Translations under genes and position numbers: made by a program
Notes under the pieces: generated by a model
Told to the model about the DNA's origin: nothing
Database searches by the model: none
The model's input: only the letters and a program-made list of their open reading frames with translations
Source of the DNA: Gammaproteobacteria bacterium
Lineage (GTDB): Bacteria > Pseudomonadota > Gammaproteobacteria > JABABF01
Length of the DNA: 64,000 nucleotides
Direction: 5' to 3'
Assembly (NCBI GenBank): GCA_965205525.1
Contig: OZ242171.1
Span: 6,289 to 70,288, forward strand
In this document: in pieces, positions 49,741 through 60,614 of the stretch
Layout: each line of letters opens with the position of its first letter
How positions within the stretch are numbered: position 1 is the stretch's first letter

Positions 49741-50240
49741 TGCACTACGTATTAGATACCGGGTTTTTCGTACGAAGCCGCTCCTATTATCCTAATACTT
49801 TTCATTCTTTTTGGGAAAAGCTTGATGAATTAGTAATATCAGAAAATATATCATCCGTAAGCCAGGTTAAAAAAGAAATAGAGAGTTATAGAGGAGAACA
49901 AGAACACATGCTTGAATGGATAACGCAAAACAAAAAGATTTTTACTCAACCGAATGAGGAGGAGCAAGAAGCAGTTCGTCGTATCTTTGCAGTTCCCAAC
50001 TTTAGATCTTTGATAGAGAGTAGAGATATGCTAGTAGGAAAACCATGTGCTGACCCTTTTGTTATTGCAAAGGCAATGACAAAAGAGGGTGGAAGAGTAG
50101 TAACCAGTGAAAAACCTGCAAAAAAGGATAAAAGAGAAAACATTCAAGGATCTCCCAAAATCCCTGATGTATGCAGTTATTTTGAAATTCCTTGTATAAC
50201 ACCGCAACAGTTTATGGAAGAACAAAAGTGGACCTTTTAG
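49740..50240 (+). CDS. DUF4411 (PIN-like) family protein, partner of ImmA/IrrE HTH-peptidase
   Basis: N-terminus MHYVLDTGFFVRSRSYYPNTFHSFWEKL matches the DUF4411 signature (YLLDaNvfI...YY.fd.~P.FW). ATG overlaps the upstream stop (TAATG). Confidence 0.7.
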   Translation: MHYVLDTGFFVRSRSYYPNTFHSFWEKLDELVISENISSVSQVKKEIESYRGEQEHMLEWITQNKKIFTQPNEEEQEAVRRIFAVPNFRSLIESRDMLVGKPCADPFVIAKAMTKEGGRVVTSEKPAKKDKRENIQGSPKIPDVCSYFEIPCITPQQFMEEQKWTF

Positions 50241-50258
50241 ACTCCATAGGTTACATAA

Positions 50259-52922
50259 ATGCCAATTCCCAAAACCCTATCCACCGACCCCTACACGATC
50301 CTTGACCCAAGCGACCGTTGGCAACCGGATGACGGAAGCCTTTTGCCTATCGGTCAACTTTTACCTCCGCTTGTGGAAGAAGTCCGGCGAGACGTCAAAA
50401 AATGGCGCGATGACGGATACCCGAAAATTAGCAACACTACCCGCGCCCTGCTCTCTTGGTGGTTTGACCGCAGCGGCGAAGAAGATTCCGCTATCCGTTA
50501 TTACTTTTCCCAGCGTGAAGCGGTGGAGTCCGTAATTTATCTCTATGAAGCCGTTCCAGTCCGCGACAAGTTTGACCTGTTGCGCTTTTCTTCCGGCGGT
50601 GTAACACCGGGGATGATGCCCGAAACCTGGCGGCGCTTTGTTATCAAGATGGCAACCGGCAGCGGTAAAACAAAGGTAATTTCACTATTGATTGCATGGT
50701 CTTATTTCCACAAACTCTATGAAACGGACTCTCAACTTTCGCGCAACATCTTGTTGATAGCCCCAAACATTATAGTTTTAGACCGCCTTTACAGAGACTT
50801 TGCAGACTTGCGTATTTTTCATGAAGACTGCGTATTGCCCCACAACGGTTATGAGGGACACGACTGGCAAAGCGACTTTCAAATGCACTTGCACAAGCAG
50901 GATGAGGTGCGCTCTCATTCGGAAACTGGCAACATCTTTCTGACTAATATTCACCGCGTCTATGTGCGCGACAATACTCCGCCCTCCGCCGATGATAAAA
51001 ATACGAAAGACTACTTTCTTGGAAAAAGTCCGAGCGGCACATTGACCGATGGCAAAATTGACTTGGGTGAAATTGTTCGTGAGCTGGATGAACTACTGAT
51101 TATCAATGACGAAGCGCACCATATACACGATGAGAGAATGGCGTGGTTTAAATCCATTGAGGACTTGAACAACACGCTGACACAAAAAGGGAAAGCACTT
51201 TCACTGCAAATGGATATGACCGCAACGCCCAAGCACCATAATGGGGCAATTTTTGTCCAGACAATAGCCGACTACCCTCTTGTGGAAGCGATACATCAGA
51301 ATATCGTCAAGCGTCCGGTTATTCCCGATGATGAAAGCAACAACAAAATGAAAGAACGACAAAGCGCTGATTACGGAGAACGTTACGCCGACTACATAGA
51401 ACTTGGCGTTAAGGAATGGCGCAAAGTATATGAGGTTCATAAAAAGGCGGGCAAAAAGGCGGTGATGTTTTTGATGACCGATGATACAAAAAACTGTGAT
51501 GCAATGGGCCATTATCTGGAAGCGAAATATCACGACTTGAAAGGGAAAGTTCTTGTCATACATACCAAGAATAATGGAGAAATAACAGAGAAAAGAACAA
51601 GCGGTAAAAAGGAAAAGGAACTGGCAGAGTTGAGAAAACAAGCTGCCAGCATAGACGAGTGGGACAACCCCTACCGCGTTGTAGTATCCGTGCTGGTTTT
51701 ACGTGAGGGCTGGGATGTGCGAAATGTAACAACGGTTGTCGGCTTGCGGGCTTTTACCGCACAAAGCAACATTCTGCCGGAGCAAACCCTTGGGCGCGGC
51801 TTGCGCCTTATGTATCCCAAACAGAACGATATCGGGGAGAAGGTAAGCATTATCGGTTCCCCGGCTTTTGTTGATTTTGTAAAAGAGATAGAGAAAGAGG
51901 GCATCAAACTTGATCGGGAGGCGATGGGCGGAAGGTCAAAGCCAAAAGCGCCATTTTTTATAACCATTGACCATGAAAATACGGGAAAGAACATAGCTGA
52001 TTTGGAAATCATCGTTCCAATACTGTCGCGCCGGTTTTCCGTGGATTTTTCTAAAATAACGCAATTGAAAGCGGAAGAAATCCCTTGCAAGGTACAGGAG
52101 TATAAAACATATCAGCCCGCCAGCACCCTGCGTGAGATTACCTTTCGGTATGTGCTTACGGACAAAGTCAGCCATAAAACTCAACTGGGTGACAACATGG
52201 TTGACGACTACAGCCGTGTCATCGGCTATTTCACTCTTCAGGTTATGGATGAACAAAAGTTGTTCAGTCAATACGGCTTCCTTTACGAAATCATGCAGGA
52301 ATTCATACGTGATTTTCTGTTCGGCAAGACCGTTGATTTAGAATCCGCAGAAACCATTCGAAATCTAGATGAACCATCCGCGAGGAAAGCAATAATGGAA
52401 GGATTTTCCCAGGCGATTACCGACTTGCTGACAAAAGACACATTTCAAACCAAGATACAAGGCGAACTGAAAGTGACCAATATGCGCCCTTTCCCAATAA
52501 AACCGCCCAAATACTCTTATGCGCCCCAAAAGAGTGCGCAAAATTACATTGCTGAAAATTTTTCATTGGAATATGAATTCGCCAAATTTCTGGACGCTTG
52601 TCCCGATGTTGCGGCTTTTGCCAAAAACTACCCCGCGGTTAATTTTCGCTTGGACTATATCAAAACCGACGGGGAAATCGCCAACTACTTTCCGGATTTT
52701 CTGGTTCGCAACAATAAAGGCGAGGTATGGATTGTGGAAACCAAGGGACGCAAAGATGAAAACGATGTCAGGAAAAAGAACCGCTTGGAACAGTGGTGCG
52801 AAGATGTGCGTGAATTGACTCAAACACCTTTTGTCGGCTCATTATTTGTAGAGGAAGAAAAATATAAGAAACACCGCTCTACAAACTTTGCAGATTTGAT
52901 TAATATGTTTGAAGATGAATAA
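50259..52922 (+). CDS. res: Type III restriction enzyme Res subunit (SF2 helicase plus C-terminal PD-(D/E)xK nuclease)
   Basis: Walker A MATGSGKT, DEAHH box, helicase motif VI region, and C-terminal nuclease motif YFPDFLV...VWIVETKG. 887 aa, immediately after the Mod module. Confidence 0.85.
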   Translation: MPIPKTLSTDPYTILDPSDRWQPDDGSLLPIGQLLPPLVEEVRRDVKKWRDDGYPKISNTTRALLSWWFDRSGEEDSAIRYYFSQREAVESVIYLYEAVPVRDKFDLLRFSSGGVTPGMMPETWRRFVIKMATGSGKTKVISLLIAWSYFHKLYETDSQLSRNILLIAPNIIVLDRLYRDFADLRIFHEDCVLPHNGYEGHDWQSDFQMHLHKQDEVRSHSETGNIFLTNIHRVYVRDNTPPSADDKNTKDYFLGKSPSGTLTDGKIDLGEIVRELDELLIINDEAHHIHDERMAWFKSIEDLNNTLTQKGKALSLQMDMTATPKHHNGAIFVQTIADYPLVEAIHQNIVKRPVIPDDESNNKMKERQSADYGERYADYIELGVKEWRKVYEVHKKAGKKAVMFLMTDDTKNCDAMGHYLEAKYHDLKGKVLVIHTKNNGEITEKRTSGKKEKELAELRKQAASIDEWDNPYRVVVSVLVLREGWDVRNVTTVVGLRAFTAQSNILPEQTLGRGLRLMYPKQNDIGEKVSIIGSPAFVDFVKEIEKEGIKLDREAMGGRSKPKAPFFITIDHENTGKNIADLEIIVPILSRRFSVDFSKITQLKAEEIPCKVQEYKTYQPASTLREITFRYVLTDKVSHKTQLGDNMVDDYSRVIGYFTLQVMDEQKLFSQYGFLYEIMQEFIRDFLFGKTVDLESAETIRNLDEPSARKAIMEGFSQAITDLLTKDTFQTKIQGELKVTNMRPFPIKPPKYSYAPQKSAQNYIAENFSLEYEFAKFLDACPDVAAFAKNYPAVNFRLDYIKTDGEIANYFPDFLVRNNKGEVWIVETKGRKDENDVRKKNRLEQWCEDVRELTQTPFVGSLFVEEEKYKKHRSTNFADLINMFEDE

Positions 52923-53062
52923 ATCCTAAAAATATGTGTGGATCAGTCGCAACCGGGGAGACTCGTATTTTTCCTTACATAGCGAAGAATCCGAAGGGGA
53001 ATGGCATTCGGGACCGCGGCATTTTCGTCGCTCCAAAAGTGTTGCGATAGAGGCGGCGGTGA

Positions 53063-55198
53063 CTACATCGCCCTCAGCCGCACCGGCAGTGCGCTCATGC
53101 GGGGTATGCCCGCCAGCGGGTCGTAGTCCTTGCAGGCATTCAGCAGCCTGCTGGCGGGGGCGCCCACCTGTTCTATATTTTCTTTTTGGTCCGGGTCGCC
53201 GCCGAAGCAGTGGGACATGGATACAACCCCGCGTCGCAGTGCGGCTTCTGCCCTGACGACTACTTTTACGGCGGCGTGCTCGGATTCCAGCGAGGCGACA
53301 TCGCCATCTGCCAGGCCGATCTCCGCTAAGTCCTCCGGGTGCACATAGGCCGGGTTGCCCGGGGGATTGCCGGGGAAGTCATGGCAGGAGGAGTTGTAGA
53401 CATGCTTGACCCGGCGCACGGTCAGCAGGTGGGGGAAGTCCTCTGACAGCCCGCCGTCATCTTCCGCCAGAAAAGAGCTGATGTCCTCCTGGATGCCTTC
53501 GGGCATGAACTGCAGCCTGGCATCCATGCCGGGGTAGGGCGCCGCTACGCGGATATCTGCAAACTCTTCAAACAGCTGCCCGCCCCTGCGCTTTGCGAGT
53601 TCGCGCACCGGCACCTTGGTCTGCTCGGGGGGGAACATCATCTCCAGCACATCAATGGTTTCCGTCTTCGGATTGCTGACATCAAGGGTGCCGCCGGGCA
53701 GATCAATGCTGGTCCCCATCCTCGCCGCCAGCCCGGCCAGGTAGCGCCACTCCTCGCGCACATCGCCCTGTTTCGGCAGCAGCGGGCCGCTGTACTGGGC
53801 GCAGGGTTTCTCGTAGAGCCGGTCGGTAAACTCCGCCAGATTATCTCGCTCAAAGGCATGCGCAGCGGGCAGCATGTAATCCGCCCGCCGGGTGGTGGCG
53901 GTCTCTTTTATGTCAATGCAGACCAGCAGCTCCAGGTCTGCCAATGCCCGCAGAGTCTTCTCCTGGTCGGGCCATGACATCACCGGATTGCCGCCGATGA
54001 CCACCAGCGCGCGCACCCTGCCTTCGCCGGGGGTGAGGATTTCATCGGCGGCAACGCCTGTCGGCATTTCTCCGTAGAGCTGCCGGATGCCGCGAATGCG
54101 GGAGATCGCAGCATTGGCCTCCGGCCTGAACTCCTCCGGCAGAAACTCCACCGGCAGCGTCTGCGCCGGGGGCGGCACATTGGGTGTCAGCAGGCTGGGG
54201 GCGGCGACCCGCTCTCCCTCCCGGTTCCAGCGTCCGCACAGGCTGTTCAGGGAGATGATGAGGTGCTCGGTGAGATTGGGGTAGCGCGCCATGTTCGGCC
54301 CGGTGCCGGAACTGACTGTGCCCTTCTGTCCCTCGGCAAACATCCGGGCGGCGGCGGCGATGTCTTTGGCGCGAAGACCTGTGCGCTCTGCCGCGCACTC
54401 CAAGGTGAAGGGCTGCACCGCTTCCCGCAGTGCCTTCAGGCCCTCGGTATGCGCATTGCAGAATTCGGCATCATGCAGGTTTTCCTCCAAGATCAGCCGC
54501 ATCATGCCGGCCAGCAGGGCGGGGTCCTCCCCCGGCCGGATAGGCAGGTAGATGTCTGCGTGCTCCGCCACCTCGGTCCGGCGCGGGTCGGCGACGATCA
54601 GCTTCAGACCGCGCTTTTTCGCTTCCCGCAGCGCCGTGGGGTAGTAGCCTGGCGGTCCCCCCATCATGTGCAGTGCCGATATGATGGGATTATTGCCGAC
54701 CAGCATGCAGACATCGGCATCCGCAAAGCCGTGGGCGCCGCCGCCCCAGATGCCGTGCCGTCCGGCAGCGACAATCTTTGCCGGCTGGTCTATGGTCAGG
54801 CTGCTGAAGTCCATCTCGGAGCCCAGCCCCTTGAGCCAGGCGTGGGCGATCTGATTGCCGTTGGAACTCACCGACAGGCCGTTGCCGCGATAGCCTGCCA
54901 CTGCCCGGGGGCCGTGTTTTTTGATAATGGCTTGGAGCTTTTCGGCGATTTCATCCAGTGCCTGCTCGGGGTCTGTGCGGCAGAAGTCCGCCTCCCGGGA
55001 ATCCCGTTTCTGCGCATACAGCAATCGGTCCTTTGCGTAATACTGCGAAGCCCACTGCCGCCCCTTGGTGCAGGTGTAGCCTCGGCTCATCGGGTGCTCT
55101 GAGTCGCCGGAGATAGCGATAATCCTGCCGTCTTTGATTTCCACCTCAATGCCGCAGTAGGCTGAGCATATTCGGCAGAAGCTTTTGTGAATACCCAT
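53063..55198 (-). CDS. Molybdopterin-dependent oxidoreductase (MopB superfamily, FdhF/NasA/YdeP-like), cytoplasmic
   Basis: N-terminal 4Fe-4S motif CRICSAYCG...C-TKG, molybdopterin dinucleotide-binding domains and no Tat signal. Start at MGIHKSF (55198). The upstream 47 codons of the ORF are discarded. Confidence 0.75.
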   Translation of the reverse strand: MGIHKSFCRICSAYCGIEVEIKDGRIIAISGDSEHPMSRGYTCTKGRQWASQYYAKDRLLYAQKRDSREADFCRTDPEQALDEIAEKLQAIIKKHGPRAVAGYRGNGLSVSSNGNQIAHAWLKGLGSEMDFSSLTIDQPAKIVAAGRHGIWGGGAHGFADADVCMLVGNNPIISALHMMGGPPGYYPTALREAKKRGLKLIVADPRRTEVAEHADIYLPIRPGEDPALLAGMMRLILEENLHDAEFCNAHTEGLKALREAVQPFTLECAAERTGLRAKDIAAAARMFAEGQKGTVSSGTGPNMARYPNLTEHLIISLNSLCGRWNREGERVAAPSLLTPNVPPPAQTLPVEFLPEEFRPEANAAISRIRGIRQLYGEMPTGVAADEILTPGEGRVRALVVIGGNPVMSWPDQEKTLRALADLELLVCIDIKETATTRRADYMLPAAHAFERDNLAEFTDRLYEKPCAQYSGPLLPKQGDVREEWRYLAGLAARMGTSIDLPGGTLDVSNPKTETIDVLEMMFPPEQTKVPVRELAKRRGGQLFEEFADIRVAAPYPGMDARLQFMPEGIQEDISSFLAEDDGGLSEDFPHLLTVRRVKHVYNSSCHDFPGNPPGNPAYVHPEDLAEIGLADGDVASLESEHAAVKVVVRAEAALRRGVVSMSHCFGGDPDQKENIEQVGAPASRLLNACKDYDPLAGIPRMSALPVRLRAM

Positions 55199-55510
55199 GG
55201 TGTCCCTCGGTCGCTGTCGCAGTGTCGGTGCACACTCGCATAATAACCCTATGACAGGGGTTGCAAAAGGGGGGCCGCTCAGCCGCCCCCGGATGTGCAG
55301 GAGAGCAGGGGGACAGGAATGTCCCCCTTCCGGTGACAATGAGTAGGAGCAGAGGCAGTGGGCCTCCTCTTGAAGCTAGAATTCACAGCCCTATATAAGA
55401 GAAAGTAAATCTGCTTCGCTGCCAGCATAAAACACTTGAGGGTATGCCGCAGGCACTGTCCTAAATACTGATGAATGGCGTAGTCCAAATATGAAAACGC
55501 AGCCCTGATC

Positions 55511-56811
55511 ATGAAAAAAGTACAGAAACTAATAAATAAAATACAGGAGCAATTTGAATTTTATAGGGGACTTTTAAAGTCAGAAGCAGGAGAATACGAA
55601 AAATGCTTTAGATCGGCATCAAGAAGCCATTGAAGATTATGATGAGGCCATTATTCTCAATCCTCAAGATGCCGGCCGATGCATATTACAACCGAGGCAG
55701 GGCGGAATCTGCTTTAGGGCGGTATCAAGAAGCTATTGAATATTATGACAGGGCCATTGAAATCAATCCTCACTTGGCCAAGGCATATAGCAACCGAGGT
55801 GTTGCAAAACAAGCTTTAGGGCAGCATCAAGAAGCCATTGAAGATTGTAATGAGGCTATTAGGCTCAATCCTCACTTGGCCAAGGCATATAGCAACCGGG
55901 GTGTTGCAAAACAAGCTTTAGGGCAGCATCAAGAAGCCATTGAAGATTGTAGTGAGGCTATTAGGCTCAATCCTCGCTCGGCCATGGCATATAGCAACCG
56001 AGGTGCTGCGAAATCTGCTTTAGGGCTTCATCAAGGAGCCATTGAAGATTGTAATGAGGCTATTAGGTTCAATCCTCGCTCGGCCAATGCATATAGCAAC
56101 CGAAGTGCTGCGAGATCTGCTTTAGGGTTTCATCAAGGAGCCATTGAAGATTGTAATGAGGCTATTAGGTTCAATCCTCACTTGGCCGTGGCATATAGCA
56201 ACCGAAGTGTTGCGAGATCTGCTTTAGGGTTTCATCAAGGAGCCATTGAAGATTGTAATGAGGCTATTAGGCTCAATCCTCGCTCGGCCGAGGCATATGG
56301 CAACCGAGGCGCTGCGAAATCTGATTTAGGGTTTCATCAAGAAGCCATTGAAGATTGTAATGAGGCTATTAGGCTCAATCCTCACTTGGCCAAGGCATAT
56401 AGCAACCGAAGCGTTGTGAAATTTTCTTTAGGGTTTCATCAAGGAGCCATTGAAGATTGTAATGAGGCTATTAGGCTCAATCCTCGCTCGGCCGAGGCAT
56501 ATAGCAACCGAGGCATTGCGAGATCTGCTTTAGGGTTTCATCAAGAAGCCATTGAAGATTATAATGAGGCTATTAGGCTCAATCTTCACTTGGCCGTGGT
56601 ATATAGCAACCGAGGTGTTGCAAAACAAGCTTTAGGGCAGCATCAAGAAGCCATTGAAGATTGTAATGAGGCTATTAGGCTCAATCCTCAACATTCCGAT
56701 GCATATTACAACCGAGGCGCTGCGAAATTAGCTTTAGGGCTTCGTCAAGAAGCTCTTGAGGATTATGCTAAGGCGGCTAAGGCACTGCGAGAGGAACAGC
56801 GCAAAGATTAG
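55511..56811 (+). pseudogene. TPR-repeat gene, copy 1 of tandem array (N-terminal module frameshifted)
   Basis: MKKVQKLINKIQEQFEFYRGLLKSEAGEYEK is in frame from 55511 and then stops (…CFRSASRSH*). ~11 near-identical 34-aa TPR units continue in another frame as ORF 55630..56811. A deletion and an extra base lie at about 55600-55690 relative to copy 3. Confidence 0.65.
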
Positions 56812-57095
56812 GAGGCGGCCCTCTTGAAATCTGGTTTTATATTCCTACATAGGAATTGCCAGCGGCCAATTTTGGTGCTGGTGAGGAAGGACGGAATGCC
56901 TAAGGCTCGCTTGGCGGGAGACTCCGGAGCAGCGAAAATCGCGCTCTGGTCCATCAGTGGGTATAAAGCACCTTCCTTGCGACGACAAAGTAAATCTGCT
57001 TCGCTATCAGCATAAAATACTTGAGGGTATGCCGCAGGCACTGTTCTAAATACTGATGAATGGCGTAGTCCGAATATGAAAATGCAGCCTCGGTC

Positions 57096-58295
57096 ATGAA
57101 AAAAGTACAGAAACTAATAAACGAGATACTGGGGGAATGTGCTGATGGAGAGTATATTTTCCGCGGCACGCCGGAAGTTTACAGTAAAAAAAGGGATGGC
57201 ATTAGTTCATCGCTTTATCGCTGGGCGAAGAAGAAGGACAAGGAAGTTCTATTTCATAAGAATTTCAGTCCAGCACATATGGAAGAAGAAATAGTAGAAA
57301 ATGCAAAGAAGCATTTTCCACCCCATACCAGTAATATAGAGATATTGACCGATCTGCGGCATTACGGCGGAAAGGTGACGCTTATAGATTTCACTTACAA
57401 CTTGTATGTCGCCCTGTTTTTTGCTTGTACCGGCGATTTAAACAATAAAAAAGGAGAATTAGTATTATGCAATAAAGATGAAAGAAAGAGAATAAAAGAC
57501 ATTAAATATGACGAAAAACATTTTTCTACTTCCATCGGCTTTATAGAACCTGCTAATACCCAAGCCAGCAAGGGACGCATAATTGCCCAAAGCAGTATTT
57601 TTGTATATTCCTCCAAAGGGTATCTTCATAAAGATGATTATAAGCGCTTTGAGATTGATAAGGAACTCAAGCTGGAAATTTTAGAGTATTTGAGAAGATT
57701 TCATAACATATCTCAAGATACTATTTATAATGACCTGATTGGCTTTATCGCCAATGAAAAAAATTATGCCACTTCCCATTTTGAATTTTATAGGGGACTT
57801 GCAAAGTTAAAAGAAGAAAAATACAAAGAAGCGATTGAATATTACGACAAGGCTATTAAAATCAATCCTGAATATACCGCAGCATATAACAACCGAGGTG
57901 TTGCGAAAAAAGCTTTAGGGCTTCATCAAGTAGCCATTGAAGATTATAGTGAAGCTATTAGATTCAATCCTCAATATACCATGGCATATCACAACCGAGG
58001 CAATGCGAAATCTGCTTTAGAGCGGTATCAAGAGGCCATTGAGGATTATAGTGAGGCTATTAGATTCAATCCTCAAAGAGCCAAGGCATATAACAACCGA
58101 GGTGTTGCGAAAGGTTCTTTAGGGCTTTATCAAGAAGCCATTGAAGATTGTAATGAGGCAATTAGACTCAATCCTCAATATGCTGCAGCATATTACAACC
58201 GAGGCAAAGCGAAATCTGCTTTAGGGCTTCATCAAGAAGCTCTTAAGGATCGTGCTAAGGCTAAGGCACTGCGAGAGGAACAGCGCAAAGATTAG
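57096..58295 (+). CDS. FRG-domain protein fused to C-terminal TPR repeats (copy 2 of array)
   Basis: N-terminal MKKVQKLINEI followed by an FRG-like domain (GEYIFRGTPEVYSKK...SSLYR; DLRHYGGKVTLIDFTYNLYVALFFA). Then HFEFYRGLAKLKEEKYKEAIEYYDKAI and 5 TPR units. Shared C-terminal ...ALREEQRKD. Confidence 0.6.
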   Translation: MKKVQKLINEILGECADGEYIFRGTPEVYSKKRDGISSSLYRWAKKKDKEVLFHKNFSPAHMEEEIVENAKKHFPPHTSNIEILTDLRHYGGKVTLIDFTYNLYVALFFACTGDLNNKKGELVLCNKDERKRIKDIKYDEKHFSTSIGFIEPANTQASKGRIIAQSSIFVYSSKGYLHKDDYKRFEIDKELKLEILEYLRRFHNISQDTIYNDLIGFIANEKNYATSHFEFYRGLAKLKEEKYKEAIEYYDKAIKINPEYTAAYNNRGVAKKALGLHQVAIEDYSEAIRFNPQYTMAYHNRGNAKSALERYQEAIEDYSEAIRFNPQRAKAYNNRGVAKGSLGLYQEAIEDCNEAIRLNPQYAAAYYNRGKAKSALGLHQEALKDRAKAKALREEQRKD

Positions 58296-58583
58296 GGAGA
58301 TGGGCGGCCCTCTTGAAATCTGGTTTTATATTCCTACATAGGAATTGCCGGCGGCCAATTTTGGTGCTGGTGAGGAAGGACGGAATGCCTAAGGCTCGCT
58401 CGGCGGGAGACTCCGGAGCAGCGAAAATTGCGCTCTGGTCCATCAGCAGGTTAAAGCGCCCTCCTTGCAGCAACAAAGTAAATCTGCTTCGCCGCCAGCA
58501 TAAAACACTTGAGGGTATGCCCCAGGCACTGTCCTAAATACTGATGAATGGTATAGTTCGAATATGAAAATACAGCCCTGATC

Positions 58584-60569
58584 ATGAAAAAAGTACAGAA
58601 ACTAATAAATAAAATACAGGAGAAACTTGAATTTTCTAGGGGATTTTTAAAGTCAGAAGCAGGAGAATACGAAAAAGCGATTGAACATTACGACGAGACC
58701 ATTAAAATCAATCCTCAATATGCCATGGCATATCACAACCGAGGCAATATGAAAAAAGCTTTAGGGCTTTATCCAGAAGCCATTAAAGATTATGACAAGG
58801 CCATTGCGATCAATCCTCAATTGGCCATTGCATATAACTACCGAGGCACTGCGAAATCTGCTTTAGATCGGCATGAAGAAGCCATTAAAGACTATGACAG
58901 GGCCATTGCGATCAATCCTCAATTGGCCATTGCATATAACAACCGAGGTGTTGCGAAAGCAGCTTCAAAGCTGTATGAAGCGGCCATTGAAGATTATGAT
59001 GAGGCTATTAGATTCAATCCTCAATTTGCCGAGGCATATAGCAACCGAGGCAATGCGAAATCTCATTTAGGGCGGCATCAAAAATCTCTTGAGGATTATG
59101 ACAGTGCCATTGCAATCAATCCTCAATTTGCCGAGGCATATTACAACCGAGGCAATACGAAATCTGCTTTAGGGCGGCATGAAGAAGCCATTGAAGATCA
59201 TGATGAGGCTATTAGACTCAATCCTCAATTTGCCAATGCATATAACGGCCGAGGCAATGCGAAATCTGATTTAGAGTGTCATCAAGAAGCCATTAAAGAT
59301 CATAGTGAGGCTATTAGACTCAATCCTCAATATGCCAATGCATATTACAACCGAGGCAATGCGAAATCGGCTTTAGAGTGTTATCAAGAAGCCATTAAAG
59401 ATCATAGTGAGGCTATTAGACTCAATCCTCAATTTGCCAATGCATATTACAACCGAGGCAATGCGAAACTTGCTTTAGGGCTTTATCAAGAAGCCATTGA
59501 AGATCATAGTGAGGCTATTAGACTCAATCCTCAAAGTGCCGACGCATATAACAACCGAGGCAATGCGAAGCTTGCTTTAGGGCTTTATCAAGAAGCCATT
59601 GAAGATTATAGTGAGGCTATTAGACTCAATCCTCAACTTGCCGAGGCATATTACAACCGAGGCAGTACGAAATCTGCTTTAGGGCTTCATCAAGAAGCCA
59701 TTGAAGATTATGATGAGGCCATTAGACTCAATCCTCAATATGTCGACGCATATGACAACCGAGGCAATGCGAAATCTGCTTTAGGGCTTTATCAAGAAGC
59801 CATTGAAGATCATAGTGAGGCTATTAGACTTGATCCTCAAAGAGCTGATGCATATAACAACCGAGGCAATGCGAAAACTGCTTTAGAGCGGCATGAAGAA
59901 GCCATTGAAGATTATAGTGAGGCTATTAGACTTGATCCTCAACTTGCCGAGACATATAACAACCGAGGTGTTGCGAAAGATGCTTTAGGGCTTCATCAAG
60001 AAGCTCTTGAGGATTATGACAGGGCCATTGCGATCAATCCTCAATTGGCCATTGCATATCCCAACCGAGGTTTTACGAAAGATGATTTAGGGCTTCATCA
60101 AGAAGCTCTTGAGGATTATGACAGGGCCATTGCGATCAATCCTCAATTGGCCATTGCATATCCCAACCGAGGTTTTACGAAAGATGATTTAGGGGAGTAT
60201 GAAGAAGCCATTGAAGATTATAGTGAGGCTATTAGACTCAATCCTCAATATGCCATGGCATATCACAACCGAGGCAATGCGAAAAAAGCTTTAGGGCGGC
60301 ATAAAGAAGCCATTGAAGATCATAGTGAGGCTATTAGACTCAATCCTCAATTTGCCATGGCATATCACAGCCGAGGCAATGCGAAAAGAGCTTTAGGGCG
60401 GCATAAAGAAGTCATTGAAGATTATAGTGAGGCTATTAGACTCAATCCTCAATATGCCGCAGCATATTACAGCCGAGGCAATGCGAAAAAAGCTTTAGGG
60501 CTTCATCAAGAAGCTGATGAGGATTATGCTAAGGCTGAAGCACTGGAAAAGGAACAGCGCAAAGACTAG
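58584..60569 (+). CDS. TPR-repeat protein, ~19 near-identical 34-aa units (copy 3 of array)
   Basis: Highly regular units AYxNRG.AK.ALG.HQEAIEDY.EAIRLNPQ.A. Same N-terminal (MKKVQKLINKIQEKLEFSRGFLKSEAGEYEK) and C-terminal (EALEKEQRKD) modules as copies 1 and 2. Confidence 0.85.
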   Translation: MKKVQKLINKIQEKLEFSRGFLKSEAGEYEKAIEHYDETIKINPQYAMAYHNRGNMKKALGLYPEAIKDYDKAIAINPQLAIAYNYRGTAKSALDRHEEAIKDYDRAIAINPQLAIAYNNRGVAKAASKLYEAAIEDYDEAIRFNPQFAEAYSNRGNAKSHLGRHQKSLEDYDSAIAINPQFAEAYYNRGNTKSALGRHEEAIEDHDEAIRLNPQFANAYNGRGNAKSDLECHQEAIKDHSEAIRLNPQYANAYYNRGNAKSALECYQEAIKDHSEAIRLNPQFANAYYNRGNAKLALGLYQEAIEDHSEAIRLNPQSADAYNNRGNAKLALGLYQEAIEDYSEAIRLNPQLAEAYYNRGSTKSALGLHQEAIEDYDEAIRLNPQYVDAYDNRGNAKSALGLYQEAIEDHSEAIRLDPQRADAYNNRGNAKTALERHEEAIEDYSEAIRLDPQLAETYNNRGVAKDALGLHQEALEDYDRAIAINPQLAIAYPNRGFTKDDLGLHQEALEDYDRAIAINPQLAIAYPNRGFTKDDLGEYEEAIEDYSEAIRLNPQYAMAYHNRGNAKKALGRHKEAIEDHSEAIRLNPQFAMAYHSRGNAKRALGRHKEVIEDYSEAIRLNPQYAAAYYSRGNAKKALGLHQEADEDYAKAEALEKEQRKD

Positions 60570-60585
60570 GGAGATGGGCGGCCCT

Positions 60586-60614
60586 CTTGAAATTTGGTTT
60601 TATATTCCTACATA
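60586..60614 (+). promoter_or_regulatory. Sigma-32-like heat-shock promoter candidate for ibpA (CTTGAAA-N14-CCTACATA)
   Basis: Match to the sigma-32 consensus (-35 CTTGAAA, -10 CCCCATNT-like) ~100 nt upstream of ibpA. The same element recurs after each TPR gene of the array. Confidence 0.3.

Noticed and set aside
55630-60569. Regular 102-bp periodicity in the TPR genes as a possible CRISPR or satellite array
   Set aside because: The periodicity is coding (34-aa TPR units in frame, with conserved helix-turn-helix residues). No unique spacers or cas genes are present.
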